A stretch of 64,000 nt of DNA from Candidatus Poribacteria bacterium (GCA_965215015.1 OZ244042.1:4032001-4096000); one strand, 5' to 3'; counted from the stretch's first letter, positions 1 to 11,076 are shown. Numbers and translations are program-made. The notes: generated from the letters alone by a model not told the origin.

Positions 1-1035
1 AAAGGAATTCGCGGGTATCTCACAATCACCCGGGGAGATGGAACCCCAGTTGGGCACTTTAATGTGGGGATGCCCCTTCATTTTCGACTGGAGGACGCGG
101 ACTTGAATCTCGACTCCTTCAAGGTTGAATCGACAGATTTAACGGTTGTAACGGAAGCACAGGAGACGTCAATTATCCTCTATGAGGAAAACGTCAATTC
201 ACATATCTTCCGGGGACAGATTTCTACACAGTACGGACTAGCGATAATTGACGAATCAACGAACGGCACTTCCTCTTTGGAGGTAGAGGATAAATTACCA
301 ACCCTTGGATTGGTTGGCGGAGAAACTGTCAGGGTAATCTATAAAGACGTGCTCACGGATACCGGTGAAACCAACATTGAAATCAGCGCGAACTGTCGTG
401 CGAACTCCATCGCCTGGGCACCGTACACACATCGCCCTGTGTTGATTGATGGACATGAGGATGGTTGGCCCCTTGAGAAAGTTATCAAAACCTCTCAAGA
501 CGAGGGACTCCTCTGGTTACAGTGGGATCGAGATAACCTTTACGTTCTGGCACAGGTCTATGATGAAAATGTCGTTGTGCCGGATGTCATCGAATATTAT
601 CGCGGTGCAGATGCATTGGAACTGCACATAGATTTGCAACCGGATGCGGTCAAAAAGCCGAGCTACTTGCAACTGGAGAGCAACCTGAACCGATATGTCC
701 TCTGGATATGTCCAAAAGGCGGCGGTTTTCACGGCGACCGTCCCTATATTGGACAAGGGGCACCCGAATTTATCCCCAACTATCAAGCGGCGAATCTTGA
801 TGTGGCGGTGAGACAGCGGGCAAATTACTACCTTATCGAGGCACGTATTCCATTTTTCCCGGTGCTCCGCGGATTTCATCCCCTAAAAACCGGAGGGCAT
901 AACCGCATCGGCTTCAACTTTGTTATCCACCGATCCGACAATCAAGCAATTTACTGGGCAGCGCAGATGCCAGCGGCAGGTTCGGTGTTTCCAAGCGATT
1001 TGGGGATGCTGATTCTAGAATCGCCAGTGCCTTAG
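1..1035 (+). CDS. Partial (5'-truncated) protein with C-terminal CBM9/DOMON-like sugar-binding domain
   Basis: Frame 1 is open from base 1 (KGIRGYLTITRG...). Motifs IDGHEDGW, LQWDRDNLYVLAQVYD, DALELHID, YLIEARIP and IGFNFVI are typical of CBM9-like domains. Confidence 0.65.
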   Translation, partial: KGIRGYLTITRGDGTPVGHFNVGMPLHFRLEDADLNLDSFKVESTDLTVVTEAQETSIILYEENVNSHIFRGQISTQYGLAIIDESTNGTSSLEVEDKLPTLGLVGGETVRVIYKDVLTDTGETNIEISANCRANSIAWAPYTHRPVLIDGHEDGWPLEKVIKTSQDEGLLWLQWDRDNLYVLAQVYDENVVVPDVIEYYRGADALELHIDLQPDAVKKPSYLQLESNLNRYVLWICPKGGGFHGDRPYIGQGAPEFIPNYQAANLDVAVRQRANYYLIEARIPFFPVLRGFHPLKTGGHNRIGFNFVIHRSDNQAIYWAAQMPAAGSVFPSDLGMLILESPVP

Positions 1036-1337
1036 ATTGTGGACTGATAATTTATAGAAACCTCAGTTGCTAGTTGCGTTATAATACTACATACCTGTCG
1101 CCTCGCTGAGGCTATGTTGGTTCATTAGTACAATTAATGAACTTTTGAACGAATGAACTCTTGAGGTTAAGGCTACTAGCAACTTGCGTTATAGAAACAG
1201 ATGAGAATCAATACAATCCCGAAAAGATACCGTTCACCTCTTCCATCTGGACCTTCCTGTTTTTTGTTGACGTGCCTAACCCGAAGTGATATGATTGAGA
1301 AACAGTATTTTACCGTGTGAAAGGGCTCACAACTTAA

Positions 1338-2498
1338 TTGAAATTTGACGCTCAGCAAGCGTATCATCACATTGTCCAACTCGCTCATCCTAGGGCGGTT
1401 GGTAGTGCTGGAGAATCCAGAGCAAGAGCTTACATCGTTGCACAGTTTACAAGGCTTGGGTTGAACGTAGAGCAAGAACGATTCGACTTTAGCCTATTCC
1501 TCGCAGAGGTCTTGCCTCGTTTAATTTCCGTTGCCTACACCGTTGGCATAATAGCGGCCTGCTGGATGACCCCCAGACAGCCGCTATATGCGAGTTTTTT
1601 ATGCGTTGGTATGTTGCTGATTGCCCTGTCACTTACGCGCTGGCAAAAAAAATTGGAGTGGCTATATGGTGTCGGCAAAACACATAATTCAGAAAATATC
1701 GTTGCCACAAGTGCCTCACCAACCGGGGGGACCTCTGACCTTATCTTCGTCGCCCATTACGACTCTAAGTCGCAGGTGCTGCCGATTGGAGTAAGAGCAT
1801 TATGCTATTGTATTGCCATCGGAGGGTTAATCGGGTTGACGCTGCTGGTACTTATTCAGCATACTTTGAACGTTCAGGTGTCTCCGTTCTTGATTTGGGC
1901 GATTGGTGTTCCTATCTGTTCGTGCTTAACCCTCTTGCAGTTTAACTTCACACAAAACCGTTCCCCCGGCGCATTTGACAACGCTTCAGGGGTCGGTGTG
2001 TTGCTAGAGCTCGCCCGCTGCCTTACAGAGAATCCGTGGTCCCATATGATGCACCTAACTTTTCTATCGTCGGGAGCGGAGGAGTATGGGATGTGCGGTG
2101 CGCTGCGCTATGTTCAACAGCATGCAACAGATTACAATCCGAATCGGACCTACGTGGTCAACCTTGACGGTGTCGGTGCAGCCGGGAGGTTGACGCTTGT
2201 AACATCTTATGGGATCCCACCTGTGGTCACCAGTAGGAAGCTCGGTTCGGCGATAGTTGCATGTGGGCAGGAAATTGGCGTTGAAGTTTCGGAGGTCTAC
2301 TCACCGGCTGGCATTGGATCTGATCAACTCCCGATTGCCAGTCGAGGCTTTGAGACCGTTACGCTATCGTCAGGCGGCTTTGGCAAGGCTGCCTTCAAGA
2401 TTCATTCCAAACGGGATGGGATTGATTTAGTTCATCAAGATGCCTTACAACGGGTCGGGGATGTACTTGTGCGTTTTGTACAGAACACAGATTTTTAG
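1338..2498 (+). CDS. M28 family metallopeptidase with inserted transmembrane helices
   Basis: PRAVGSAGE, FVAHYDS, GAFDNASGV, GAEEYG, VNLDGVG, GSDQ and IHSKRD motifs; hydrophobic internal segments; TTG start. Confidence 0.85.
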   Translation: MKFDAQQAYHHIVQLAHPRAVGSAGESRARAYIVAQFTRLGLNVEQERFDFSLFLAEVLPRLISVAYTVGIIAACWMTPRQPLYASFLCVGMLLIALSLTRWQKKLEWLYGVGKTHNSENIVATSASPTGGTSDLIFVAHYDSKSQVLPIGVRALCYCIAIGGLIGLTLLVLIQHTLNVQVSPFLIWAIGVPICSCLTLLQFNFTQNRSPGAFDNASGVGVLLELARCLTENPWSHMMHLTFLSSGAEEYGMCGALRYVQQHATDYNPNRTYVVNLDGVGAAGRLTLVTSYGIPPVVTSRKLGSAIVACGQEIGVEVSEVYSPAGIGSDQLPIASRGFETVTLSSGGFGKAAFKIHSKRDGIDLVHQDALQRVGDVLVRFVQNTDF

Positions 2499-2514
2499 GC
2501 TTTCGCGGATTACC

Positions 2515-3144
2515 ATGGAAACCGTAGACACTCCAGTTACAGGTGTGATACTTGCTGGCGGTCAAAGCCGGCGAATGGGACAAAACAAAGCTCTGATGTT
2601 TTTAGGAGATGAGCCACTCATCGTACAGGTCGTCCGTCAGATGGAATTGGTCACAGATGAACTCCTGTTAATCACGAACGAACCAAATCTATACACAGGC
2701 TTGAAGGTGCCAATGTATACGGATATGCTGCCAGATATGGGAGCATTAGGAGGTCTCCAGACAGGATTAACTTACGCAACAAACAGTACTATACTCTGTG
2801 TCGGCTGCGATATGCCGCTGCTACAACCGAATCTCCTATCTCACCTAACTACCCTCCTCGGTAATTATGATGCTGTGGTCCCGTGTGTTGAAGCAGCAGA
2901 CCGGTCGACCATCGTATTTCAAACCTTGTCCGCTGTTTATTCCAAGGGGTGTTTGCCTGTCATCGATGGGATGCTGGCAGCAGGTGAATTGCGCGTTCAT
3001 GCACTGTATGATCGGATTGATACTCGTATTGTCCAACCGCATGAATGGCAGGCGTTCGATCCACAGGGCCTTTCGTTTTTTAACATTAACACACCTGAAG
3101 ATTTTGAAAAGGCTAACAGATATATTAGAGAGGGCTTACGTTAA
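2515..3144 (+). CDS. mobA: Molybdenum cofactor guanylyltransferase
   Basis: GVILAGGQSRRMGQNKA, GCDMPLL and FFNINTPEDF motifs; adjacent to moeA; in-frame ATG at 2515. Confidence 0.92.
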   Translation: METVDTPVTGVILAGGQSRRMGQNKALMFLGDEPLIVQVVRQMELVTDELLLITNEPNLYTGLKVPMYTDMLPDMGALGGLQTGLTYATNSTILCVGCDMPLLQPNLLSHLTTLLGNYDAVVPCVEAADRSTIVFQTLSAVYSKGCLPVIDGMLAAGELRVHALYDRIDTRIVQPHEWQAFDPQGLSFFNINTPEDFEKANRYIREGLR

Positions 3145-3291
3145 AAGAAAGTACAAAACGCCAAGAGGGTGAAAGGTAATGCCCCAATCGGGAGAACACC
3201 CGGAACATTTGCGGGACACACCGGGTATTGGGGGTGCCCCTACGGTGTCTTTTGCACGATTTTTTAACATGAGCCATTGGAGGAAATCATC

Positions 3292-4494
3292 ATGCTAACT
3301 GTTGAAGAAGCACGGCAGCGAATGTTAGATACCATCAGCACTTTACCCGCAGAAACGCGAGACATTTTAGACAGCCTCGGTGCAATCCTTGCTGAAGATG
3401 TTTATGCCAGCGAGAACATACCACCATTTCATAATTCAGCGATGGACGGCTTCGCTGTCGTTGCCGAAGATGTATCGCATGCTTCCAAAGCGCGGCCGGT
3501 CCGGCTTTCGGTCGTTGAGACAATTCAGGCGGGCTATGCACCCATAGCCTGTATCCAGCGTGGAAGTGCTGCACGCATCATGACAGGCGCGATGATGCCT
3601 GAAGGCGCGGATGCCGTTGTAATGAAGGAAGTGACCGAATTGGAAGGGGAGCAAGTCATAATCTTTGAGGGAGTGGAAACAAATGAGAATGTCCGGTTCA
3701 CCGGCGAAAGTGTGAAGCACGGCGATTTGGTCATGTCAAAAGGGAAACTTATCCGCCCGCAGGAAATCGCGATGTTTGCTTCGCTCAACCGATCTGAAGT
3801 CGAAGTTTACAAACGCCCGAAAGTTGCGGTGGTTTCCACAGGTGATGAGCTGACACCACTGGGAGAGCCCCTCGGGGCAGGCAAGATCCGGGACAGTAAC
3901 CGCTACGGTATCTGTGCCCAGATTGAGGAGGCCGGCTGCTATCCCATTGATATGGGAATTGCCCGCGACGATGAGGCAGAGACAGAGCATAAGTTCCGCG
4001 AAGCGTTGGATGGGGCGGATGCCCTTATTACCAGTGGTGGGGTCTCTGTCGGAGAGTTCGACGTTGTCAAAACGGTGCTATCTAAGCTCGGTGAAATCAA
4101 TTTTTGGCGGGTGGCAATGAAGCCGGGGAAACCGCAGGCTTACGGTATCGCTGATGGCAAGCCTATCTTTGGGCTACCGGGGAATCCGGTTTCCTCGTTG
4201 GTCGTGTTTGAGCTCTTTGTCCGTCCTGCTCTCCTCAAAATGGCGGGACATTTGGAGCTGCTCCGTCCGACCTTCGGGGCGATTTTGGAAGAAAATGTGT
4301 CCAACAGAGATGGGCGTGTCAGCTTTATGCGGTCAATTATCATCTCACGTGACGGAAAGTATTACGCGAAGACGACGGGGCCGCAGGGATCCGGTATCCT
4401 CCACTCACTTGTCTTAGCCAACGGTTTTATCGTTATTCCAGCAGGTGTAACAATAACCGCCGGAGAAACAGTAGAAGCACAGTTTATGGGGTAA
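3292..4494 (+). CDS. moeA: Molybdopterin molybdotransferase (gephyrin-like)
   Basis: PPFHNSAMDGFAV, IMTGAMMPEGADAVV, STGDEL, TSGGVSVGEFD and GLPGNPVS motifs; GGAGG RBS before ATG 3292. Confidence 0.95.
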   Translation: MLTVEEARQRMLDTISTLPAETRDILDSLGAILAEDVYASENIPPFHNSAMDGFAVVAEDVSHASKARPVRLSVVETIQAGYAPIACIQRGSAARIMTGAMMPEGADAVVMKEVTELEGEQVIIFEGVETNENVRFTGESVKHGDLVMSKGKLIRPQEIAMFASLNRSEVEVYKRPKVAVVSTGDELTPLGEPLGAGKIRDSNRYGICAQIEEAGCYPIDMGIARDDEAETEHKFREALDGADALITSGGVSVGEFDVVKTVLSKLGEINFWRVAMKPGKPQAYGIADGKPIFGLPGNPVSSLVVFELFVRPALLKMAGHLELLRPTFGAILEENVSNRDGRVSFMRSIIISRDGKYYAKTTGPQGSGILHSLVLANGFIVIPAGVTITAGETVEAQFMG

Positions 4495-4557
4495 GTAAAG
4501 GGTAAAGTTATTACTCCCTACTACAACATTCCCCATTTCCCCACAAATTGGATCGAA

Positions 4558-5703
4558 TCACCTGTCTATGCGGTTTGCTTCAATATAATCCCAATCGTAC
4601 TCTATACCCAGACCGGGTTTCTGCGAAACGATGACATTGCCTTGAGCGTCTATTGGATCTGTAATTGCCTTCAAATAGGGTGGGGGCTGCTCATAATTGA
4701 CGCCGGGGCGTAAGAGGCCTCGCTCATAATACCGGCAGGTGGCTTCGGGTGCCGCACAAGCCAGATGGACATGGGGGGCACCGGTGCCGTGCAGTTCACA
4801 CTGTATGCCGTAAGCCTGACAAAGATTAATCAACTTCCAGCAGCCTGTAATCCCCCCGTAGAAGATGTCGATGCGCATCATATCGGACGCTCCCTGTAGT
4901 ATCCATTCTGCTCGGCTAAACACGCCGCCCGGAACGTGTTCTGGGGAGCAAATAGCAATGTCCAACTCACGGGCGAGTCGCCGGTACGCTTCAACACGGG
5001 TTTCAATCATGGGATGCTCCAACCAGTAGTAATTGAGTTTCTCCAACTCCCGCCCTACCCAGATTGCTTCATCTAAGGTATAAACACCGAATGGGTCCAG
5101 CATCAGCACCATACCATCTCCTACCGCCTCGCGCACCGCTCTGCAGACTTCGACATCTTCTTTGGGAAAGCCCGGCAGTTGAGGTGCTGGCTCTTCGGTG
5201 TGCGGGTTCCAACAGATGTAGGCGTGGACCTTGTATGCCGTGTAACCCTCCGCTTTACAAGCAAGTGCATGTTCGGCATAAACCTCGGGACCGCCTAGGT
5301 TGGGGTAGGTGCTTGCATAGGCTTTGACCTGATCACGGGCACCGCCTAGCAGTTGGTAAACCGGGATACCTGCCTTGTTGCCCAATAGATCCCGCAGCGC
5401 GCAATCGATCACTCCCATTTCGCCTTCTGACGGCCTATGACTGAAAGTGGACATCTGATCCATCCAGTGCCAGATTTGTTCTCGATGCAACGGGTTTTCT
5501 CCGAGAAGGAGTGGCTTGATAACCCCCTCCATCGTGGCTTTGTCGCCTCCAAGCATATATCCGTTGATGCCTTCGTCAGTCGAAATCTTGGTGACTGTTC
5601 CCACGCTCTCCACTTCGTCTCCCCAGACCCCATATCCCCATTTGGTGGGGTGGCCCTGGGTCGTTGTCCGAAACTGAATGACTTCTACATCAGTTATTTT
5701 CAT
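4558..5703 (-). CDS. Mandelate racemase/muconate lactonizing enzyme family (enolase superfamily)
   Basis: MKITDV start, IDCALRDLLG..AGIPVYQLLGG, YKVH, LMLDP, WLEHP and KPGLGIE motifs. Confidence 0.88.
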   Translation of the reverse strand: MKITDVEVIQFRTTTQGHPTKWGYGVWGDEVESVGTVTKISTDEGINGYMLGGDKATMEGVIKPLLLGENPLHREQIWHWMDQMSTFSHRPSEGEMGVIDCALRDLLGNKAGIPVYQLLGGARDQVKAYASTYPNLGGPEVYAEHALACKAEGYTAYKVHAYICWNPHTEEPAPQLPGFPKEDVEVCRAVREAVGDGMVLMLDPFGVYTLDEAIWVGRELEKLNYYWLEHPMIETRVEAYRRLARELDIAICSPEHVPGGVFSRAEWILQGASDMMRIDIFYGGITGCWKLINLCQAYGIQCELHGTGAPHVHLACAAPEATCRYYERGLLRPGVNYEQPPPYLKAITDPIDAQGNVIVSQKPGLGIEYDWDYIEANRIDR

Positions 5704-5744
5704 AGTTCTTCTCCTGTATCAATATGGCGGTTAGTTGGTCAATC

Positions 5745-5771
5745 GTTGAGATATGAATCTCGACCTACAGG
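5745..5771. repeat. REP-like GTAG palindrome family (representative copy)
   Basis: GAGATATGAATCTCGACCTAC; near-identical copies near 7280, 14061 (inverted), 48024, 49712, 50175 and 53299. Confidence 0.6.
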
Positions 5772-6089
5772 ATTTTAGGTTATATCCTCTTGTGCTCATT
5801 GATACGAGTTTGCTGAAATGAAGGGGAACATAAATAGGTTCTGAATAGGTAGTCCCAACCCGTTAGACAAGGGAACCAAGTCCCTACGAAGGAGACAAGC
5901 ACCCCTACCCTAATCAAGTGATGACGCGCCTCGAATTATGTCCCCCACTGAAATGACCCCATCTACGAGATAAAAACGATAGATCGAATATAGGTTGTAT
6001 GATATACTAAAACGTACCGATTTGTCGACAAGAAACTTATCCCGATAAAATTGATATGTGTAGAATTGGCAATAGAGAAGGAGGTTCAA

Positions 6090-7115
6090 ATGGCAAAAAT
6101 AACTCCCCGTTTTTTGACTGCGGAACGTGGTGTCGAATACCTATTGAAGCAAACGCCCCCCCTGCATTTCGCCGGAACATCAAAGACAGAATGGCAGGAG
6201 TGGCGAAAAGCTTTTCGACGTAAGTTAGTCAAAGACCTCGGTCCAAAACCAGAAGCCATCCCCCTAGAAGTCGAAGTGTTAGAACGGACAGAGATGGACG
6301 GATATATGCGTGAAAAGATTATTTTCAATCCCGATCCTTTTTCTTCTATTCCTGCTTATGTTTTGAGCCCCGAGGGGGCAGATCCGGACAATCAGTGTCC
6401 GGCAGTACTTTGTGCACACGGACACGGAATTGGAAAGGATCCGCTCGCTGGGTTAGGTGAGGATTATCAGAAACAGTTTGCCGTCGAGTTGGCGCGGCAG
6501 GGATTCGTTACGATTGCACCCGACTGGCGCACTTTTGGTGAACGCAAAGATCGGGATGAATGGGTTCGCCATCCCGGACGTGACGGCTGCAATGTCGCCT
6601 ACATGGCATACGGCTACTTCGGATATCAACTGCTCCAACTCGATATCTGTGATGCACAACGATGTCTAGACTACCTACAATCTCGACCCGATGTGAATGG
6701 GAAAAAGCTTGGCTGCATGGGTTGTTCGTTTGGCGGGACAATGACAACCTACGTTTCTGCGTTGGATCAGCGAATCAGGGCAGCTGTTATCGTTTGCTAC
6801 CTCAGTACCTTGACCGATGCGCTTAATGACCGGGGACGTGGAAATACGTGCGGCTCCCAGTTCATGTTTGGGTTGCGTGGGCACGGTGACATCTCAGATG
6901 TTGCTGGCTTAATTGCACCACGTCCCTGCATGGCGCAAATAGCATCTGACGATAATTGCTTCATCGCGGCGGATGCCAAAAGTGCGTTCGACCATCTTGA
7001 GCAGATTTATGCTGCCTCTGGTCGTCCAGCTAACCTTGAACTGGATTACTTTGAAGGAGGACATGAGGTTGATGTTGCCCCGGGTCTCGCCTTTCTCAAG
7101 AACCATTTGATGTAG
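6090..7115 (+). CDS. Alpha/beta hydrolase (dienelactone hydrolase-like)
   Basis: PAVLCAHGHG, nucleophile elbow GCSFGG, C-terminal GGHE; AGGAGG RBS before ATG 6090. Confidence 0.85.
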   Translation: MAKITPRFLTAERGVEYLLKQTPPLHFAGTSKTEWQEWRKAFRRKLVKDLGPKPEAIPLEVEVLERTEMDGYMREKIIFNPDPFSSIPAYVLSPEGADPDNQCPAVLCAHGHGIGKDPLAGLGEDYQKQFAVELARQGFVTIAPDWRTFGERKDRDEWVRHPGRDGCNVAYMAYGYFGYQLLQLDICDAQRCLDYLQSRPDVNGKKLGCMGCSFGGTMTTYVSALDQRIRAAVIVCYLSTLTDALNDRGRGNTCGSQFMFGLRGHGDISDVAGLIAPRPCMAQIASDDNCFIAADAKSAFDHLEQIYAASGRPANLELDYFEGGHEVDVAPGLAFLKNHLM

Positions 7116-7400
7116 GCTCTTGAGATGAACCTTGTCGTCAAAGCTACGATTTAAGATAAATCTAGAAAGTTATTTTGAGTCGATCAATTTTCCAAAATCG
7201 AAAATATCGAGAACAGCGCGCTATAGTCCGGTATTTTCAATCTGCTCGGATTATTGCGCGGGGGTCCGGGTGTTTTGTCGAAATATGAATCTCGACCTAC
7301 GGGCTACCTACCGCTTGAGCGCGTAGGTCAGACTAGGAACCCCGCACTGGAATAGATGGCAACTTGAGTTATAATAATTGGTATTCTTTGGAAGGTTATC

Positions 7401-9020
7401 TTGACGAAATTACAAATTCGCCCGATGGTAATTATCATTCGGGATGGTTGGGGACATAATCCCTATCCGGAGTGGAACGGAGCCAATGCAATTCATCTCG
7501 CGAAAACGCCGGTCAATGATTGGCTCATTCGGGAATATCCACATGTACACATTCATACCTCCGGCGCAGATGTTGGTCTGCCACCGGGCGTAATAGGGAA
7601 TAGCGAGGTAGGGCACCAAAACATCGGTGCCGGTCGAATTGTCGACCAGGAACTTTTACGGATCAGCAAAATGGTTCACTCAGGTGAATTCGCACGAAAC
7701 CAATCGTTGGTTGCTGCGGTGAACCATGTCAAATCACAGGGGAGCAATCTCCATCTCATAGGGTTGGCAAGCGCATCCGGTGTGCATAGTTCACTAAATC
7801 ACCTTTATGCCCTGCTTGCACTAGCAAAGGAGACAGGCATTCCCGCTGCCCGTGTTTTGGTGCACAACTTCAGCGACGGCCGCGATAGCCTGCCCATGAG
7901 TGGCATCAACTTCTGTAGGCAAATCGAAGCCAAAATGAAGGAGATTGGTGTCGGACGGATCGCTTCAGTAGTGGGTCGATATTATGCTATGGATCGTGAT
8001 GATCGTTGGGATCGTGTGGAGAAGGCTTACCGGTTGTTGACCGAGGGAGAAGGACATCGCGTACCGTCCGCGGTCAAAGGTTACCAACGCTACTATGACA
8101 CCCCCGCCAAGAGCAGCCAAGTCGGGGACGAATTTATTGAGCCGACAGCTGTTACCGACGATCAAGGGCATCCGTTGCCGAGAATCTCCGATGGCGATGC
8201 AGTAATTTTCTATAATTTTCGTGGGGATAGACCGCGCCAACTCTGCAAGGCTTTCTGTCTCACAGAGTTTCCATTTGAAGCCACTGGCAAAGACGGGGTC
8301 ATCCAGCGAATGGGTTTTGAGCGTGGAAAGAAGTTGGAGATTAAGTTTGTCACAATGACTGAATACGAGCAGGGGCTTCCGGTAGAGGTGGCAATTCCCA
8401 AGCCCCCTAAGATGCATAACATTTTGGGGGCGTATGCGAGTGATGTTGGATTGACGCAATTTCGTTGCGCTGAAACGGAGAAATTCTCGCACGTTACCTT
8501 TTTCTTTAACGATTATCGTGACGGACCTTTTGATCGGGAAGATTGGCAAATTATTCCGTCGCCGCGCGATGTATTGACATATGATCAGAAGCCTGAAATG
8601 TCCGCGCCGGAAGTGACTGAAGAGATGTCCCGCCGGATAGCGTCGGACAAATATGACCTGTTCATTCTGAACTATGCAAACGGGGACATGGTTGGCCATA
8701 CAGGGTCGCTGCCAGCCTCGATTAAGGCAGTAGAAACAGTGGATGCCTGTGTTGGCAAAGTGGTTGATGCGGTGATAGCAAAGGGTGGTGCCTTAATCGT
8801 GACTGCCGATCACGGCAACTGTGAGCAGATGATTGATCCCGAGAGCGGCGGCCCGCACACCGCACACACAACATACCCTGTCAATCTCATCGTTGTTGAT
8901 GGTCGCTTTAAGGGTTGTCAATTAAGGACAGATGGCAGACTAGCGGATATCGCTCCGACTGCGCTAAAATTGCTGGGTTTAGATCAGCCGCCTGAAATGA
9001 CTGGACAATCACTGTTTTGA
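7401..9020 (+). CDS. gpmI: 2,3-bisphosphoglycerate-independent phosphoglycerate mutase
   Basis: DGWG, GNSEVGHQNIGAGR, GRYYAMDRDDRW, NFRGDR, AETEK, DMVGHTG, TADHGN and HTAHT motifs. Confidence 0.97.
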   Translation: MTKLQIRPMVIIIRDGWGHNPYPEWNGANAIHLAKTPVNDWLIREYPHVHIHTSGADVGLPPGVIGNSEVGHQNIGAGRIVDQELLRISKMVHSGEFARNQSLVAAVNHVKSQGSNLHLIGLASASGVHSSLNHLYALLALAKETGIPAARVLVHNFSDGRDSLPMSGINFCRQIEAKMKEIGVGRIASVVGRYYAMDRDDRWDRVEKAYRLLTEGEGHRVPSAVKGYQRYYDTPAKSSQVGDEFIEPTAVTDDQGHPLPRISDGDAVIFYNFRGDRPRQLCKAFCLTEFPFEATGKDGVIQRMGFERGKKLEIKFVTMTEYEQGLPVEVAIPKPPKMHNILGAYASDVGLTQFRCAETEKFSHVTFFFNDYRDGPFDREDWQIIPSPRDVLTYDQKPEMSAPEVTEEMSRRIASDKYDLFILNYANGDMVGHTGSLPASIKAVETVDACVGKVVDAVIAKGGALIVTADHGNCEQMIDPESGGPHTAHTTYPVNLIVVDGRFKGCQLRTDGRLADIAPTALKLLGLDQPPEMTGQSLF

Positions 9021-9365
9021 AAATTCAGATTAGAATCTAAAAAGAAAAGGATGCCCCAAGAGTTGATGTTCAGAACTTGTTTTAAGAAGCAAGAAATTGT
9101 CCCAGAGTGCTGTGGATTTGTCAATACAGCGAGCCGCAGCACGGGCTAGGGGTTGGGGGGGGCAACTCGTCGAACCTGGATACCAAGCCCCTACTATTGA
9201 ATATAGTGATAATATACGGTTGAATCCTGTAGATCCTTCTGGATAGGGGAAGGAACCGAGTTTTGAAGAAAAAACTCGGTTTCAGGGCAAATCACTTTAC
9301 CCAAAATGACTTTCCCAACAGGTTCTTAGGACTTCCTCACCTTTGCTGCTTCATATTTTACGACG

Positions 9366-10451
9366 ATGACGCACATTCCGCTGATAACCACAACTGGACG
9401 AACGAACGATAATCCGGGTGATACCTTCATTGGGGTAGGGCTTCAATATCTGTTTGAACAGGCGTTGGGACCTCAGGTGTGGGTACTCATTGACCGTTTC
9501 AGTCCGAAGGGTTTCCGTGACTATGAAGCTGTTGTTCGGGAGGCACCGTTTCTGGTTTATGGTGGGATGCCGCAATATAATAATTACGACGCTTGGAAGC
9601 ATTGGTACGATGACGCGATGTGGCGTGATTTTATTATTCGTTGGGGGCTAAAAATCTTTACAATGGCGGGGGGGGCAGGTTTTTCCCACCCGGACATTAG
9701 CATTGATGCGTATGTCGCCTACTGCGTGAAAAGTAAAAAAACAGAGCGGATTATCCGTCAACGGATTGAACCCAGTCTCTGCTTCGCTGTCCGCGATGCC
9801 TATGCACATGCACTGCTGAATGCGCTCGATATACCGAATAGCTACCTCCCATGCTCCGCGGTTTGGGCGTGTAAAATGTGGAATATTGAACCGGCGCAGC
9901 AGAGACCCTACCTCATACTTGTTCCACCCTCACCGCGCCACACACCGAAGCGGATTGGACGCAGACGCATTCCCCGCCCTAGAAGACTCCAACAATTCGC
10001 GGAGGGTTGGAAGAATTTCTACGAAGTGCTCAAGCAAAATGATTACGATGTTCGGGTGCTCTGTCATGCTTATAGGGAGTACGCTGCCCTCCGCGAGACA
10101 ATTCCGCCCGAAGCCCTTTGGTTTCACGGAGATCCCTATACGCTACTGCGCCAATACGCCTCCGCTCATACGGTTGTGTCCGCACGTCTGCATGGCAGCC
10201 TGCCGGCTTATGGAATCTGTGGGACACGGGTGTTAAATCTCTCTGTGGATGTGCGCGGTTCCACTGTCGAGGTTTTTCCAAAGATACACAACCTCCGCAT
10301 TAACGATGCAACGCCCGATGTGCTCTTATCGGCGATAGACCAGCTCAAGCCTTCAACATCGGAAGATTTCCAACGTCCAGCGGAGGCATATCAGGAGCTA
10401 ATTCAATTGTCGCTGCCCAACGGGATAAAATTAAGAAGGGACAAGTACTAG
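9366..10451 (+). CDS. Polysaccharide pyruvyltransferase family protein
   Basis: NPGDTFI, GG, AVRDAY and VVSARLHG motifs. Confidence 0.75.
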   Translation: MTHIPLITTTGRTNDNPGDTFIGVGLQYLFEQALGPQVWVLIDRFSPKGFRDYEAVVREAPFLVYGGMPQYNNYDAWKHWYDDAMWRDFIIRWGLKIFTMAGGAGFSHPDISIDAYVAYCVKSKKTERIIRQRIEPSLCFAVRDAYAHALLNALDIPNSYLPCSAVWACKMWNIEPAQQRPYLILVPPSPRHTPKRIGRRRIPRPRRLQQFAEGWKNFYEVLKQNDYDVRVLCHAYREYAALRETIPPEALWFHGDPYTLLRQYASAHTVVSARLHGSLPAYGICGTRVLNLSVDVRGSTVEVFPKIHNLRINDATPDVLLSAIDQLKPSTSEDFQRPAEAYQELIQLSLPNGIKLRRDKY

Positions 10452-10564
10452 GACATGTTGACATTTTATTGTGGTCAATTCCGCAAACGCTGTAAAATCA
10501 ACCTACAAATTGAAAACTCTCGGAATGGAGAGTGGCTCAATTTGTCAAATGTCAACAGCCCCTA
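10449..10564. repeat. 116-bp element with imperfect terminal inverted repeats (MITE-like)
   Basis: Left end TAGGACATGTTGACATTT; the right end reads TAGGGGCTGTTGACATTT on the opposite strand; TA at both ends. Confidence 0.55.
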
Positions 10565-10635
10565 AACTTGCCCCTTCGTAATCACATGATTTGATTTTCA
10601 CTTATTCTTTCGTAAGGATACAAATCAGATGCCGC

Positions 10636-11076
10636 TTACCCTGTTAGGGCAGCATGCCAGTCGCTCCAATCCTCAAGGTTGTTGAGGTTCACGGCGTCCA
10701 AGATTGAACCATCATCAGCAACTCCGGCTGCGCCTAAAATAGCACCGCGTGTGTCGTCATCGTGATTATAGCCTGTGATAGCTGCGTTCAGTTCAGCGAC
10801 TGCCGCACTATCCAGACTTCCGCCTTTTTTGTCCAAAATCCATGTTTCAAACTCAGTATAACTTGGCCGGTTGTCATGGATATATGCCAATGTCTCTTCT
10901 TTATCCAGACCGAGTCCATCGAGAACCATCTGATCGAAGCCTGCACCGCATGCCGGATAGTCCGAATGCAGTTGGCCTGCTGCGTCCAATGTGACCTTGC
11001 TCCAAAATCTTGGTAGATGAAGAACACCCAGGGGACCAGCAACACCTGAACTGATTGTCGGAATAACTCCTGCCAT
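10636..11076 (-). CDS. DUF5069-like small acidic protein
   Basis: LGVLHLPRFWSK...DY...GFDQMVLDGLGLD pattern; AGGAG RBS. Confidence 0.7.
   Translation of the reverse strand: MAGVIPTISSGVAGPLGVLHLPRFWSKVTLDAAGQLHSDYPACGAGFDQMVLDGLGLDKEETLAYIHDNRPSYTEFETWILDKKGGSLDSAAVAELNAAITGYNHDDDTRGAILGAAGVADDGSILDAVNLNNLEDWSDWHAALTG

Noticed and set aside
3145-3290. Moco riboswitch between mobA and moeA
   Set aside because: No recognisable Moco/Wco core; the region contains dispersed-repeat fragments (CCCCTAC, TTGCACGATTT).
7965-8699. Long antisense and alternative-frame ORFs (also 21962-22615, 29216-29854, 57373-58023 and the many short ones)
   Set aside because: Shadows of well-supported genes with no motifs or RBS.
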